53,510 nucleotides of DNA, taken from contig JAHLWZ010000265.1 of NCBI GenBank assembly GCA_020536535.1, positions 1-53,510 on the forward strand, read 5' to 3'. Within the stretch, counting starts at the first letter, position 1. The number at the start of each line of letters is the position of its first letter. Shown one piece after another: positions 11,140-24,826 of the stretch. Source of the stretch: Pelomyxa schiedti. Taxonomy: Eukaryota; Protista; Evosea. The notes beneath the pieces were generated by a model. The model saw nothing but the letters and a program-made list of their open reading frames with translations. It made no database searches and was not told where the DNA came from. Both the position numbers and the translations under genes were made by a program.

Positions 11140-12716
11140 TCAAACAGCATTCAGTGAGTGATGGACTTCCCCTTTGTTCGTCCCACGTTGGTTCTCAGTG
11201 CCGGCACGGCCAAGTGCAACATTGACAAAATGGCAGCTATTGCAAAACGGGGTTATTCTCCCAAACAAAAAATTGTTGTTACCTTCCACCCAACCATTTG
11301 TTTCATAATTCGTTTTTTTTTTTTTTGTTAACTCATTGTAATATGGGTAGAGGGTGTTGTGTTTAGGCCACATTTCAAAACACATCAGTCTATCGTCATT
11401 GGTGAGTGGTTCAGACAGTACACCAAGTCAATAACTGTAAGCTCACTGGACATGGCTGTGTACTTTGCCATAGGTGGATTTCCTCAAATAAATGCTAGTT
11501 CTGCCTCTGCTCTCCCTTCTACTGCTAGTAATTTTGAATCCAGTACCTGTGGAGGGAGTTGTCTTTGTGGCTGGGATGATATCACTATTGCATTTCCTGT
11601 AATTCCTACTGTTATTTGGTTGAGAAAAGTCAATGAAGAGCTTCTTCCACACGTGAGAGTTCTGGGTTTGTTGGTAGAATCACCTCAAGCAGTGAATATG
11701 ATACAACATCACATAGCTCGCCCAGTTAATGTATGTCCTTCTATCCGTTTTATCCCTATCTGATGGAACACTTTACTATTCAGATTTGGATTAAGGTGGA
11801 TGTGGGAACACACAGAACAGGCATTGAATACCACAACTTGGATGAAATATCTGAATTGGCTTCGTTAATCTCAGTGAGACTTCGATCTCCGTACTTGTTG
11901 CTTGGTTTCTAACCTTCTTAAAATCAGCAATCACCCAAAACAGTCCTTCAAGGCCTACTTGTGCATGCCGGTCATTCATACCATACATTTTCCCGGTTAC
12001 AAACACTTTCCGTTTTTCAGGATTCGATTTCGCATGTCAACAATATTCGAGATCACCTGAATCGATTGGGATTTTCTGGCCTAAAGGTAGCTAGATTAAT
12101 TTCGATATATAGAAAGAAGCTAATGGCATTAAGATATCATTTGGTGACACTCCAACACTCTCTCTTTCACCCCTTCCTCCACTTCACGGAATTGATGAAA
12201 TAAGACCCGGCAATTTCATATTTTACGATGCAATGCAGATGCAAATCGGAAGCTGTCTTGAAACCAACGTTGCTGTGGCCGTGATGTGCCCAGTAATTGC
12301 CAAGCACCCATCAAGAAAGGAGGTACCCAGAGTCACTCCAAACACTGAATTCTAATTCACATGCTTAAGGTTGTAATCCATGGCGGTGCCATACATCTAT
12401 CAAAGGAATTTATATGTGAGCCTGCTGAGACTGGTTCTAGATTTTATGGATGTTTGTTTCTTCCGATTCCTCCCAAATCCATATCTTATTTCTTACAGAT
12501 ATTGCCCTCCCGCAGAGCAGTGATACCAGAAACTTATCTTGGGGACCAATTATTCAAGGAGCCAGAGTGAAGTCACTTTCCCAAGAGCATGGAGTAATTT
12601 CTTTTGACAACCACCAGGTCTCTTTCACTTTTCATTAGTTTAGCCAAACTGTTCCTTTTCCTCATTCGAAAAAAGGATTTTGAAGGCATAACCATTGGAG
12701 GTTCTGTGTTTATCAT
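11140..12716 (-). CDS. Hypothetical multi-exon protein, family not recognised; ends uncertain
   Basis: Successive minus-strand open segments bounded by GT/AG, e.g. CELEFSVWSDSG-NVGFKTASDLHLHCIVKYEIAGSYF and GLEGLFWVIADFKKVRNQAT. Confidence 0.45.
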
Positions 12717-12913
12717 TCCCGTTCACAGTTGCCTTGTAGTCACACACCTGAGAAAGTACATTACTACTGATGGAGAGTCAATACCAGCAATGGAAGAGCA
12801 TTTGGCGGAATTCTGAGTTGAGCACCAAAAAGTCCAGATAAAAAAAGTGGAATACAGAAGGAAACAATAGTGAAACAATAAATGTAGTGTCTTAATATTA
12901 CTGGCATGTGTGC

Positions 12914-14559
12914 TCATGATGAAGTTGACTCCAAGCCCATACAGGCAGCCCAGGGAACCCACATAGATGAGCCAATGGAACAAACCGCCGCTTCTCTACA
13001 AACACTGAATGGTGCACACATTTCACCAACCCATTCCACTCCCTTCCAGTGCTTCAAGTACACATCCACGAGAGTGCTATTCTCTTGCATTCGGTGATAC
13101 AAATCAACAAGGCTTGCTCCACTCAGGTCATCGAGTCCGTATTCTATAGAAGCGATGTATTCAATGTACCAGTCAATTCCTAGAAACTGTCAATTGCAGG
13201 AGTTTCTTAAAGTCCGGGTCCTTACTGTTATTGGCATTGGCCTCTTTCACATCATACTGATAGGACGTGAAATCCGTGAGTGAGAATGGTGAGACGTTGT
13301 TGTAAGTAAAGAGCCTCATCCTCGGATTGGCAAAGTACCAAGGAGATAAGGACCCGGCTGCAAAACCAGCTGATGTTAGCTTTGGTGTAGTTAGATCCCC
13401 AAAGATGCGAAACATATCCAAGTGGTCATGCCCTTGAACATACATTAGTCGGAAACGTTAATGAAACATCTTGTCTTACCCATAAAATGTCCAATTATTA
13501 TCGAGTTATAGGGATCAAGGGAGGACACAAACATTTCGTTGTAGGTCTAGAAAAGAATGTTTAGGTATTTGCCACTAAAAAAGAGGTACCTTGTAGAACT
13601 GAGAAGTGAGACCTGCATTATATCCAGCCGGAACATGGTAAATCATGAACACTTTTTCATTGTTTTGCTTGGCAGTGGTTAATACCCCAGTCAACCATGC
13701 TATTTGTCCAGCAGGATCTAAGAATTGTAAGAAGACCTCTGGAGCTGCCAAGATACAAACCAGTGTGAATTGTTGGATCGACTTCCAGATTTTTGTCGTA
13801 GTACAGAGCTGTATTCACAGCTACGAGCCGCAATCCAGGAGTAATGACTGTTGTGTAGTAACCACCCTTTACAAAGGTTGCCTGCATTGTGGAATCAAGG
13901 AATGGACTCCAGGCTTCTGCTGTGTAATCAAACAACCAGTACTCATAGTCCCACATCTACTCCTGTGAGTGAAAAGAAAAAAAAAAGTGTATGACCTGGA
14001 ATTCAGGGTAAGTATCGTGGTTTCTGAGTTCACTGTTAGATGCTGCCTGAACTGAAGGAAGGGAACATACCCTAGAATGGGGTAAACCTTAACGCCAGGG
14101 AAATACTTCTGAAAGTAGTAGGTGACATTTTGTTGGTATTCAATTACGCCAGCCCACTTTATGGAACCTGGGTTGTGGGGAATCTGCGCTCGTTTAGACC
14201 TTAATTCGTCCAGGTTGGCGTTACCATATCGCCAGTGTAGAAAATGAAATCGGGAGCGGGGTAGGTGTCTCGCATGAACTGGAATGTGTCCTCAAGTGCT
14301 GCAAGGGGCAAATCGCAAGGGCCGAGTGATCCGTATGGCCCGGCGTCCCCGGTTCCAGAAACACAATCCTCTTTAATGTTCGCTCCCACATAATACGCCG
14401 GCTGCGGTAATTGGTGCGTTGATACAGGCCGTTACGAAAAAGAAAGGAAAACAATCCAACTTGATAGTGAACGTCAGTGATGTGCCAGAAGTAACCCTTG
14501 GAACATGCCAAGTCTGCTACACATATAACTAGTACAAGCAACACTGAGATCAGTCTCAT
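12914..14559 (-). CDS. Secreted acid-sphingomyelinase-like phosphodiesterase (SMPDL3/calcineurin-like metallophosphoesterase), multi-exon
   Basis: Signal peptide MRLISVLLVLVICVADLACS; metallophosphoesterase motifs FWHITDVH, FIFYTGD, LGNHDTYP, HVPAG, GHDHLDMFR; SLSP...NPRMRLF; C-terminal Cys pattern. Confidence 0.92.
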
Positions 14560-14807
14560 CTTGACAGCGGTAGGTGGTTTTATTTTATTAAAATCATTCG
14601 ACCAACTCCTCCTTTTCAAAACGCCAGGGAACTAACGCCATAACGGGAGAACAAAAAAAAGTGCACATAAAAAGTGGTGAGCCCGAAACAAAATAGCAGA
14701 AAAAGAGAGGAATCTAGCTTTGATACACAGTCAAAATTACACTCCCCAAAAGTCCAGTGTGTGAACACAGGGAGGAGTTAAAAAAGCACAAGTGGAGGTT
14801 GGCTCAA

Positions 14808-17800
14808 CTAGGGTGCTTTCTCAGTTGTGGTCAATGGGGCTACCCTTGCTGATTTGCTGAAGATTGGCTTGGAACTTGGAAGTGAGGGAGAAGCCTTGGG
14901 TGCAGTGGAATCGCGGGAATCAGTACTTTTAGGGAGAACACTGCTGTGGTTGTTGCTGCGGTGTAATGATGAGGCCAATTGTGAAGATGATGGCTCTATT
15001 TGCTGTTGCCAGGAGGATATGTTGAACTTGGCGTTTGAGGTAAGCTCAGAGACTTCTGGTATGACTGTGTTCAGTGCTTCCAGGAGTGGCATCACCACAA
15101 ATTGGATGAAAGTGTACTGCATTTTGGCTTGGTTGGTGTTGTGTCTATCCATGAATGGAGATATATCCATTCCGAGCGATTTCTCTTTGTCGCCTTGCCC
15201 AAAAAGTTCTGTACCAGGTAATCAGGATAGTTTTTATTAAGGAAGGGTAGTTTGGGTACCTTCTACAACTTTCTGTGCCCAGGTTACAGCCACTTTCCAT
15301 GGCCGGGTCACATTGGAAATGTCGGCTACCTTTAAAACCATTCGGGAAAGAGATAGCCTATGCTGTGCGTTACCATAATCCAAGTGGGACACCTTTAGAA
15401 TGGAGTTGAATTCTCCAATAATCTCTAGGTGCTTTGCCATATCTACAGATGCCGTAAGAAGAAAAAGTTTGTTTTACGGCATCTTCTGTGACATACCAGT
15501 AGAAAGTATCAGAGTGATTACGATTTTCCTAAAAAGGCGAAATTGCTCAATGGACAGGTTTTTGAGGAAGTTGAGATTCTCCTGTTTCAAAATCTGGAAC
15601 AGTCTCGCTGCATGCATACTTTCTAAAACTGATTGGTCGTTGTACTGGATAGCAAGGGGGTCCATTGCCGAAACTAAGAAGTTGTTGTTCACACCTATCA
15701 ATATTACATGAGGAAAGAGTATCCACAATGATGTGAAAACCCACCAGGGTGGCAAAGATCATGACACATAGCTGATATAAGTAATGCAAGTTTTTCTACT
15801 GGCGGAATTGTGAGCAAGCATTGTGTGCAAAGGAGCCAGTGCACAGCTTGCATTACATCTGCTGCATGAAGACTGAAAGGTGTTTATGCTTTTTTTTTTT
15901 TGGAAACACATCATTACCTTGTATGATAAATATTTGTGTCAATATAGCACTGCTCGACTGTCAGGCCGAACCTGCGTTATTAGTTTAATTCACTCCTCAT
16001 CAAGGGGCGTCTCACTCCATAAATATTCTTTCGTTGATTCCAAACTCTTCAATAAGACCATGATGACGAAGAAGTAAGCAAGCCATAGTGCTTAATGCGT
16101 GTCCTTCAGCATTTTGTGTATACTGGTAAAATTCAGAAAAGTTATGGCACTGAGCAAACCTCAAAAATATCAAAGTTCCAAGTGTTGAGCTTATATCCAC
16201 TTGCCATTGTGTCAATATTAGCTGCTCCTATTTGTACAGGTGCTTTTGTTGCCGGGCTCTTACCAAAAGAACCCTTTCCTCACATTAAGATAATAACTGT
16301 GATGATGTCAACTTACTTCAAGTTTAGGGACCAACTGGTCCAGCAAAAACGCTTTTGCTTCACACTCAACTGATCCCAGCTGCTGTTCGTCGAATTGATA
16401 ACTAAAACCTATGAGGATTTCATAGCAAGCAGTGGAAGAGCGAATACATTTTCCTCTCAGCGATTAGATGTTTGATAAGTTCCAAGTTCCTATGCATGTA
16501 AAAAATATGAAAAATGCCCAGCAGTTGTACCTCAGTTCTATTGCTTTCAGATGTGTATTACGTTGTAACTCTTCCAGCATTTGTATTGCGGACTCTGCTT
16601 GAGAGGAAAAGGCAATATTGCCTTGCATTTGGATCATCACGGAGAGCTGTGCACAGTAGTTTAGCTTGGCGTGAAACGGAAATAGAAACTCTACTTGTCT
16701 CTGAAGTGCATCATGGGACCGAATCAAATTTCTATGCTGAACAAGTAGAAGTAGGATAGCGAGCGCTAAAATTCCAAGGAGTGCCAGAGCACTGCAGACC
16801 ACGGCGGGAATTATCACTTTGGTGTTCGCTCCCGCGTTGTGGCTTGGTGGGATCCAGGCTAGCCAGACCTAAAAGTATCATTAATAACTGAATTGAAGGA
16901 AAATGAACCATACATCTGAATGGTTTTTAAGCCACCTACATGCCGCCTCATCATTGGAAAAGCCTCTTTCTGCAACGTCATCTTGATTAACACTAATTAT
17001 GTACAAATAGAGATTTAGAGGAAGGAATTTACTTACACATTATCTCCATCTGGTCATTGTTGCTTAGAGTAAACTGTTTTAAAAAGGCGAATTCTTGTGG
17101 GAATCTGTTGGAGAATTGTGGCCACAATGCCTTATACAAAACTTCCTCAGGATAATCACAGAAAATTTCTCCAGTTGCAGCGTGTTGGTAGCAGGAATCA
17201 GTATAATAAGGCAGAGTCACTCGACTTAAGGCGTATTTCTTGAGATAATAATGCGGATTCCACAGATAAAATAATATACACTGGTGTGACTCAAATGCTT
17301 CGTCAATCCTGCTCAACAAAGCAGATTCCTCAAGAGGAACAAGAGTGAGATCCCATCCATTACTTCTGCAAATTTCTTCATCATACGTAGCCCAAGGAAA
17401 TGACAACAAAGTATGGTTGATGGCATCAAAGAATTCATTTCTTTCACTTGGACTCATGCCAATGAAATTGTCTTGTTTGGGAATGAGGAAAAGAAGCTAA
17501 TTATGCAAAGTAAGGTAACCTGCTCTTGGGTAAATGTCGAGACAGAAGGAAGGTATGTACCAGCCGTTTCTTCCAACCACACCAAGTGGCCCGCCATTTA
17601 TTACTAGCCCACCATCAATGTAGGTTACTTTATCTTGCTCCTCTCCAGTTGTCCAAATCTCCAGAGAAACGTGAGCAGTCCCGTTTTTGAGAAATTCCCA
17701 TGGCCCTTGATTCTCAACAAAAATGTTCTGAACTGAAGTCAAACGGGACAAAAAAAAAAAAAAAAAAAAAAAAAAAACAAAGCAACATACAGAAACAGGA

Positions 17801-17988
17801 GTACCAAGCTTCTCAGTCAAGAGAATTGATGCCAGAGCTATATTCACCTCGCTCGCCAGCCAATACCCACCAACCAGCACGACCGGTTCTTTATTCTGCT
17901 GCACCGTCTTCATGTCTTCAAAACAAGCACCACGCGCAATATACACAACACAAGCAGAGACCCACAGGATCCCTATGGTATGATGCAT
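14808..17988 (-). CDS. Signal peptide + glycine-betaine-type periplasmic-binding domain (OpuAC/ProX-like) + TM helix + class I cyclic-nucleotide phosphodiesterase, multi-exon
   Basis: Binding-domain motifs SLEIW, GRNGWYIPSF, LFYLWNPH, RVTLP, CDYPEEVLYK, FLKQFTLSNNDQ, AACRWL...W.AWIP. TM VIIPAVVCSALALLGILALAILLLLV. PDE motifs WNFDIF, YHTSLHAADV, CHDLCHPGVNN, YND.SVLE.MH, LILSTDMAKH, LKVADISN, ELFGQGD.EK, Q.TFIQF. The exons join in frame with GT-AG introns. Confidence 0.88.
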
Positions 17989-18353
17989 CCTCGCCACCGT
18001 TCCGTTTGCTTAATTTTACTTTGTTTTGTTTCTTTGTTGTGTTCTGTTTTCGTTATTGTTGTCAACGTGGAAAAGTCTTCCAACAAACGTGCGTTCGCTG
18101 CATTGTCACATTTACTGTAATCCGGTTCGACAATGATTGTTGCGGGTTTTTCTCCTAGGTTGATCTCTCAGAAACGCATCCTGGGACCGAGGCTGTATCG
18201 TCCTTCAACAGACCCCCTCAGTTGGCCCATCAGTTCTTTCGAACCAAGGAGTCTCTCCCAAACCAGAACCCTGATTCACCCAATCCCAATCACGGCCCTG
18301 CAGTTGCACATTTTTCGGCCTCGCAATATACTGTATCTGTACAGACAACTACG

Positions 18354-21300
18354 ATGCCAGCACTGCGAAGAAAGGGACCAAAGACTCACCTACCTCCTGA
18401 ATTCGAGGTTTGTTGTCGCATGAACATAGGACTCGCTCTTAAACTGGCGTTAGAAAAAGAAAAGAAAGGTTGGTCAGAAGACACCTATACGAGCTGCAAC
18501 AAACACAACAGTAAAAGCACGAGGTAAGGTTTTCCTTTGGCTTTTGCTTTCGCTTTTCTTGTATTTAATTTTCAACGTGATGGTAATAACTTTGTTTAAA
18601 CGAAACAACAAGCCCTTGTACTCCAAGAGCAGTCTGTTTGTGTCAAGCATTCGCCAACAGAACCGCTAAGTCAAAGGCAACTATCTCTGCCTGTGGTATT
18701 TTCCAAGCTGAAGCACACAAATGACAGAGCCAGAAATGGTAACCAAAGATAGAGATAGGAGGCATTGGTATCTTACCTCAATGTGATAGATGCTGTGAAT
18801 GAGTTGAAGGACTTCCTCCTAAATCACCCCGAGGTCATACAACAGCAAGCATCCACAATTCTGGAAAAATGTGGAGAATTGGTTTCTGACCTAAGTTCGG
18901 AAGTTCGCCACAGTGTTTTTTCACTACTTCCTGTGGTCTTCAAATCCCTCCCAGAAGTACACTTTTTCCTCAATGGAAAGATATTATCTGATTTGTGTGC
19001 AGAATGACATTCAACAATACATGCCTCTTCTATGTGCATACATGTGCAGTGGTCTAGCACACTTGCACAGAAGTGTGCGCTCCGATGCTATCACGACAGT
19101 ACTATTGCTGATGGAATTTTACCCAAGACTTGTTGTCACGGGCCATATTTCCATGGTCATTCCTCATCTTAGTCGATTGGAGCTGATTCTTTTTCCTTCT
19201 CCCAGTTCCTCACCCGCCTTGCGGACCTCATTTCCACGTCCAAACCTTCTGCTCCAACAATGGTCGGGCACTCTCAAGCACGCATATTTGCCAATTTCGA
19301 TGAAGTACCATTGTTTAACCCAGAAGATCCCCAAGCAATTTCAATTTCCGATGACCTTATGGGATCTGACAAATTCCAAGTACGAAAACGCAGAACACAA
19401 CAATTCTGGCTCCAGCTAACTTCTTCCTCCTCAGTTTAAGCTAGTGGTAGTTGAAGGAATAGCACGCATTGTGGAGACTATGCTAACACAATCGAAGGCC
19501 ATGCTCCCGACATCATTACCTGTTAGCACTGTCGACTATATGGAATGCCTGCAAGGACTCAAACTCTATACAACATCTCCAATCCCCAAAATTACAGGAC
19601 CTTGTACCACAACCTTGTCAGGAGCCAATGAGGTTTGGTGTGGTGCGCAAACTCGCTTTGTAATGTTTCTTTAGGTGCTCAACAAATTGTTTATGACAAT
19701 TGAAAAACCTCTCATTGAGATATGGATAGAATGTGGGGCCTCATCTCCCCACCCATCTTGCTTACCAGTATCCCTTCTCACAACTCAATTGTTTAACTCT
19801 CATCACCTTGCACAGGTGTTAAAACTGCTGCTCGAATTACTCAACACACTGTTACTCAATACAAGTTTGTATGTATTTTTCCTGCCAGGAAATTGCTGAA
19901 TCATACCACAGTGCCGTTTGGCGCAACCCAGATACTTTACATCGTTATTTGGGCCATATTTTTCGGTGCTTCCCCATAGCACATAAAATTGCACACAATG
20001 AAAAGGTACACTTCATGATGACTGCAAAAAAAAAGTTTCTTTGACATCGTTCTGAAGGATAAATCGCATGTCACTTCTTCCAACATCTTAATATGTTGCA
20101 TTTTGAGCCATTTCTTTCCATTGTGTGCGAATGAAACAACTTTGCCACAGTGGGTGGAAACCATTTTTGACAATCTGATTTCTCTGATTTCACACCAGGT
20201 TCTCATTTCTCCCACTAGGCAACCAGCCCTTTTTTTTTCGCCCAAAAAAAAAACCTGCCTAGCTTGTAACAGTACTCAAACAGCAGCAATAGGATGATGA
20301 CGGGCGAGGAACTACTTATTTACCTCCGGAGGCTGTCAAAATTTTCCCTGTTTTAATACGAGGACTAGCTCTTCCGGATACTTTCCTGGTAGAAAAACTT
20401 CGACTCTACACTGTATGTATCTTTTTTGCGTTCAGATAGTGGTCCCTTTAATTGTGACTTGTATTCAGGCTTTCACACAGTGTTTTATCCATTGTCCTGT
20501 TCGTTCCACACTAAAAAGTGAATGTGTTTCCTTGCTGACAACTCAGATTTATGTGTGTAATTGAGACTAAAACTCGGTGTCCTTTCCTAATACAAGATTC
20601 AGTCAAACTCTCATGTTATAAGCGAACTCGGCAACCCAAAGTTGCATGAAGTTTTCAAAACTTGCTTTGGTTACATCCCGAAGTTACTATGGGAACTCAA
20701 AACGAGCAACGTTGAAATGACTGCAGTGAGCCCATTTCTCCATGTTCTTTCTCCAACAATTCACAGAATATTTTGAGGAGTCTCCAATACTATGGGAGAA
20801 CGCATCCCACGCCCACATTTGCAAGCTTCCAAGATGGCCTTATTCCTTTTTTCTTCACTACGATTCCACACCCAAAACGCAAAGGAGAAGGTTGCTCATG
20901 AGTTTATTTATTTACTTTTCTATTTCCTTTTTAAGCTCCTTCACAGTGAAGAACATTTACGGACCGTTTGTATCCCTGCCACCACAGATTCAAATTCAGG
21001 CTCTGAATATATTGTACTACTTCCCTGCATTGAGTCATTCTATGCTTCGTTCAATTGCTGGGTGCTCCTTATGTGTGCGATTTTTGTGGGTTGGGTTTTT
21101 CACTTCAACAAACTAACCCTCGGTAGCCCCACAACTGATCCCAGATATTTTGTCGGCTATTTTTGATCTTGTGCAAACGCACTATGAGCGTTGTGATGAA
21201 TCTCTATTGGAGCATGTTGGCTTTCTTACCAGCATTTATGTGTCAGCCATTGGTGCCAGGTCCAACACGGTTACAGGAAAAAGAAGGCATTCCAGTATTG

Positions 21301-22144
21301 TTTTACCCAGTAATGTTTATGCTTCAGATAAACATTTACATTTTTGACAATTGGTAAAAAGGTGCCTCATTTTGGAATGCTGTAGAAGCAGTATGCGATG
21401 CAATCAAAATGATACCTTCTCGCTTTTCTTGTATAGATTACTGCAAACAAACAGTTGCAAATCTATTGGTGGGTCGTCTGCATTCTCTATCTTGCACCAC
21501 AGATTTTCCCTAATTTTTTCAAAGAGTAGACCAGACTGTGACAGTGACGTCACCAAGTCGGTATTGATGTTCGTGTACTCATTCTTTCCGACATCGGTCA
21601 GTTCTCTGCACCCAGATATTAGTCCTCCAAGTAGTAGCTATGTGGTTTTGCCTGGCGATCTCCTTCACAATGTTGTAACCTCAGTAAGCAAGTGCATATT
21701 CAGTCTGGACAGTACCCCTTCAAGACCTGTTGCATCAGAAACATTGGACACTGCAGACAAGATCACTTTACTGGAATTACCCACTCTCTATGTTGATTTG
21801 TTCCTTCGCTTGGAACACTTATTGAGGGACGTCATGGACCATATTACTGAGACAGTGAAGAGAGGTATTTCAATTTTTCTTTTCTTTTTCTCCCATAGTA
21901 TACACATTCAATTGAATTAACATATATGCACCCAGACAACAAGAATGCACACTCGGCAAGCAGGGTGCTCCTAGGCCTGCTAGAGGGTGCAGGAAGATCC
22001 CTAATTTCAGCGCTGCAGAGGCCCGAAAACAAAGCAGCCACCAAGGCCTTGGCTGGGTTCCTGGAAGGGCTCCCCAATTCACCCATTGATCCCACTACCA
22101 TGACCAAAATCAAGTCTGACATTGCGGTCCTCCTTGGACAATAG
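18354..22144 (+). CDS. TEX10: TEX10/Ipi1 (rixosome, pre-60S processing) HEAT-repeat protein, multi-exon
   Basis: Spliced N-terminus PEFE-KKKRKVGQK...ATNTTVKAR-ALVLQEQS...LSL...LKHTN...R.DAVNELKDFL...D.SSEVR...YMCSGLAHL...VRSDA matches the Ipi1/TEX10 N-terminal pattern. Confidence 0.88.
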
Positions 22145-22229
22145 TAAAATCCAATATAAGCTGATATCGGATTGGATAACTCTCCAACCCATCATTTCTT
22201 CCCCTTCTTTTGCATCTTGTTTGCAGCCA

Positions 22230-22956
22230 TTAGTAGACGTAGCACACAGGCAGCAGAGCCAAAGTGTAGTACTGGAAAGAAGAAGCTGGGCAAAAAAATG
22301 TGTACAAGTAGGAGGCACACTGAAACCAACGCGGTGTGAAGAACAGCCTGTGTTGATGTTGGTTGGTTATTCTATTACTACTTACATTGCATTCAATTGA
22401 TTGTAAATTAGGCTGTGTGTTGTGAATAGCTACGTACATCACAAAATACAAAGAAGGCACAGGCATAAGACACCATGAAAGGTCCAAAAATGAGGAGAAT
22501 AATACAATCCACGGGAGCCTGCGGCTTCAGTACTTTCCAGGTCCACGAGTCTGGTTGGCGATTAATTATTGTACAGCACCACCTTGTCAATGTGGGGTAG
22601 GTTTTTTTTAAGAAAAAAGGGTTGTTCTCGGAAATGATACAGACAGGGAACACCGAACACATGAAACGAATCATACACGCTCTGTTGAACGCGGATTCAA
22701 AACACTTTGAAGGGGATCCACCAGTTGCTCCGATTGTCAAAATGTACTCAAACGCACGGAAGCAGAAAATAAATGCAGTCAGCAAAGCAGCTATTGTCGG
22801 GTGTGCCTGTGCTCTGGACGTGACTGGCGGGTGTCCCATAATCGTGGTTTGCGGTGCCTCCTCCTCTGCGTGCACCTGGCTCCCCGTCCCATAATGCACA
22901 GCGCACAAAACCACAAACACAGACCCCCACAGCGCAGTGCGCCCAGGACGCGCCAT
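22230..22956 (-). CDS. Hypothetical small secretory/membrane protein
   Basis: Signal-like MARPGRTALWGSVFVVLCAVHYG and further hydrophobic segments (IAALLTAFIFCF; IILLIFGPFMVSYACAFFVFC); intron-like AT tracts. Confidence 0.5.
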
Positions 22957-23343
22957 CAAACCAACGAATTGTTTGAAACAATCTCCGCGGAGATTCTTAG
23001 GCGAACTCCGGCCGGTCACTGCCCTGTTTGGGTTTTGGCAAAAAGTGGGCCACTTTCCCATGGGTTTTCCCAGCCTTCTCGTAGATAACACCCGTGCAAC
23101 ACCTCCTCCGTTTCAACGCAAGGGTTCGGTTGGTTAATTTTTTTGTATAAATTAAAAGACCAAACGAGGGTTACGACTGCGTTAGACACACTCAGTGTGT
23201 CACGTAACAATGCTGTACAACAAACGGTAGGTATCAGTTTCTTTCTTTTTCCCATCGTCAATACGATATTTTTTTTTTTGTTTATTTGCAGGGGTATATG
23301 GTTACAAATGGTTTAGGATGGGCGCGGAGGTGTTAGACCCCGG

Positions 23344-24826
23344 CTAGTAGGTCGGCTCTGAATCCGTAAACATCGTGTTTGGCCTGAATCCCAGCAGAAA
23401 CGCCAGGCTCATTTTGCTGCTACTACTATTCCGGAGTACTGGGTCACAGTTTGGCCCGTAGTTGGTGCTATAAGTGGACGAGGAGGGAGCGGAGTCTAGG
23501 CCTGAAGCGGAGCCGAGTGACATCAAAGTCTCCGTGGGGCTAGTGGGTATGTGTCTCGAGTGTGATGATGACGAGGAGGATGAGGAGGATGATGGTGAAG
23601 ATGAAGATGATGGGGGACTACAGGTGATCGGTGGAGATGAAAGTAGTGAGGGAGGTGGGCTGGTGAGCTCCGGTTGGTCCTCGCTGGTAGAATCCTGCGT
23701 CTCCGAATTGGAACTGGGCGACTTGGCCGTAGGAGATGATACCTGTGGATCTCCGCTTCTTTGTACTGTGGGATGCGACTTCTGTGGGCTTTTCTTTGAC
23801 TGGGACCCGGAAATACTTTCTGATGCGGGCCGGCGACATGTGCCCTGGGAGTTGGAGGCTTCGGTGGGTTTACGGGGAATAGACACCGGCAATGTGGTGG
23901 AATTTCGGTTTGGACCGCGGCGTCTTATTTTCCGGTTCGCGCGGCCGGGGTCTTCAACGACGTGGAAGTGCCACGTGGGCTGTATAACCGGAGGTACTTC
24001 TGCATGCACTTTGTCTGGTTGGACGTGATGTGTATTTGCCGGATATCCTTGTGCCCTTTGACTGCCGTTACTGGTTGAGGACTTGGCGAAATGGAGGGAT
24101 GATAGTTTGGTTTCGGCAGAGGCTACTGGGGATGGGCCTGCTTGTACGGGAGGAGAGTGCACAGAATGAGGAGTGTTGTTTTGGGTGGCACTGAGCGAAT
24201 CTGGGAAAAGTGGGTAACAAGGAATTTGTACAGGAGGATGCATATGTGTTTGACTGGGGGAATTTAGTTGATGGGAGCGTTTGAAAGGAAGCTGGAAGGA
24301 CACGGAACTGCTGTCGTCACCTCTCCATCTTGCTTTTTCCAATTGATGTTGGAATGGAGGAACTTCATCCGCACTTTCACTGGGGCTGCTAGAGGTGGCC
24401 GTGAAACCCCTGTCATCTCCTACTGCGATTCCATTCGTGCTAGTTGCCCGGGGACTAGGCGAACTGGAAGGGGAAGAGCAACATGAAGAAGCCGATGAGT
24501 GGCTTCCCTCTCTGCTACTTGCGGGCAGGTGGGTATGGCGTGGTGAAGTTTCCCGGTGATGGTGACTACTGTGAGGTGGTGACGCGGAGGTTGAGGAGGA
24601 GTCCGGGCGGCTTCTAAGTTCATTTTCCAGTTGGTGGACCCGCTGCTGTAGTTGGCAGACCTATTTATTATTTCCATTAGTCTGCTGGTAACCACAAACA
24701 AACAAACAAACAAACAACCTAAAACTAACAAATACTAATAGGAGGGAGTTGGATGGAGCTGCCACATACCGCCAGAGAAAGGAACAATGTGTTGTCCAGA
24801 CCGCACAATGACTCTTGGTTATTCAT
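23344..24826 (-). CDS. Two-exon Ser/Pro-rich disordered protein with an N-terminal coiled coil, possibly a transcriptional regulator
   Basis: Exon 1 24826-24770 (MNNQESLCGLDNTLFLSLA), intron GTATGT...TAG, exon 2 24660-23344 open throughout (VCQLQQRVHQLENELRSR...; NLS-like RANRKIRRRGP; C-terminal KMSLAFLL). Confidence 0.7.

Noticed and set aside
12914-12917. ATGA stop/start overlap suggesting prokaryote-like translational coupling
   Set aside because: The downstream frame reads as AT-rich UTR/intron-like sequence; there is no evidence the ATG is used in this eukaryotic context.
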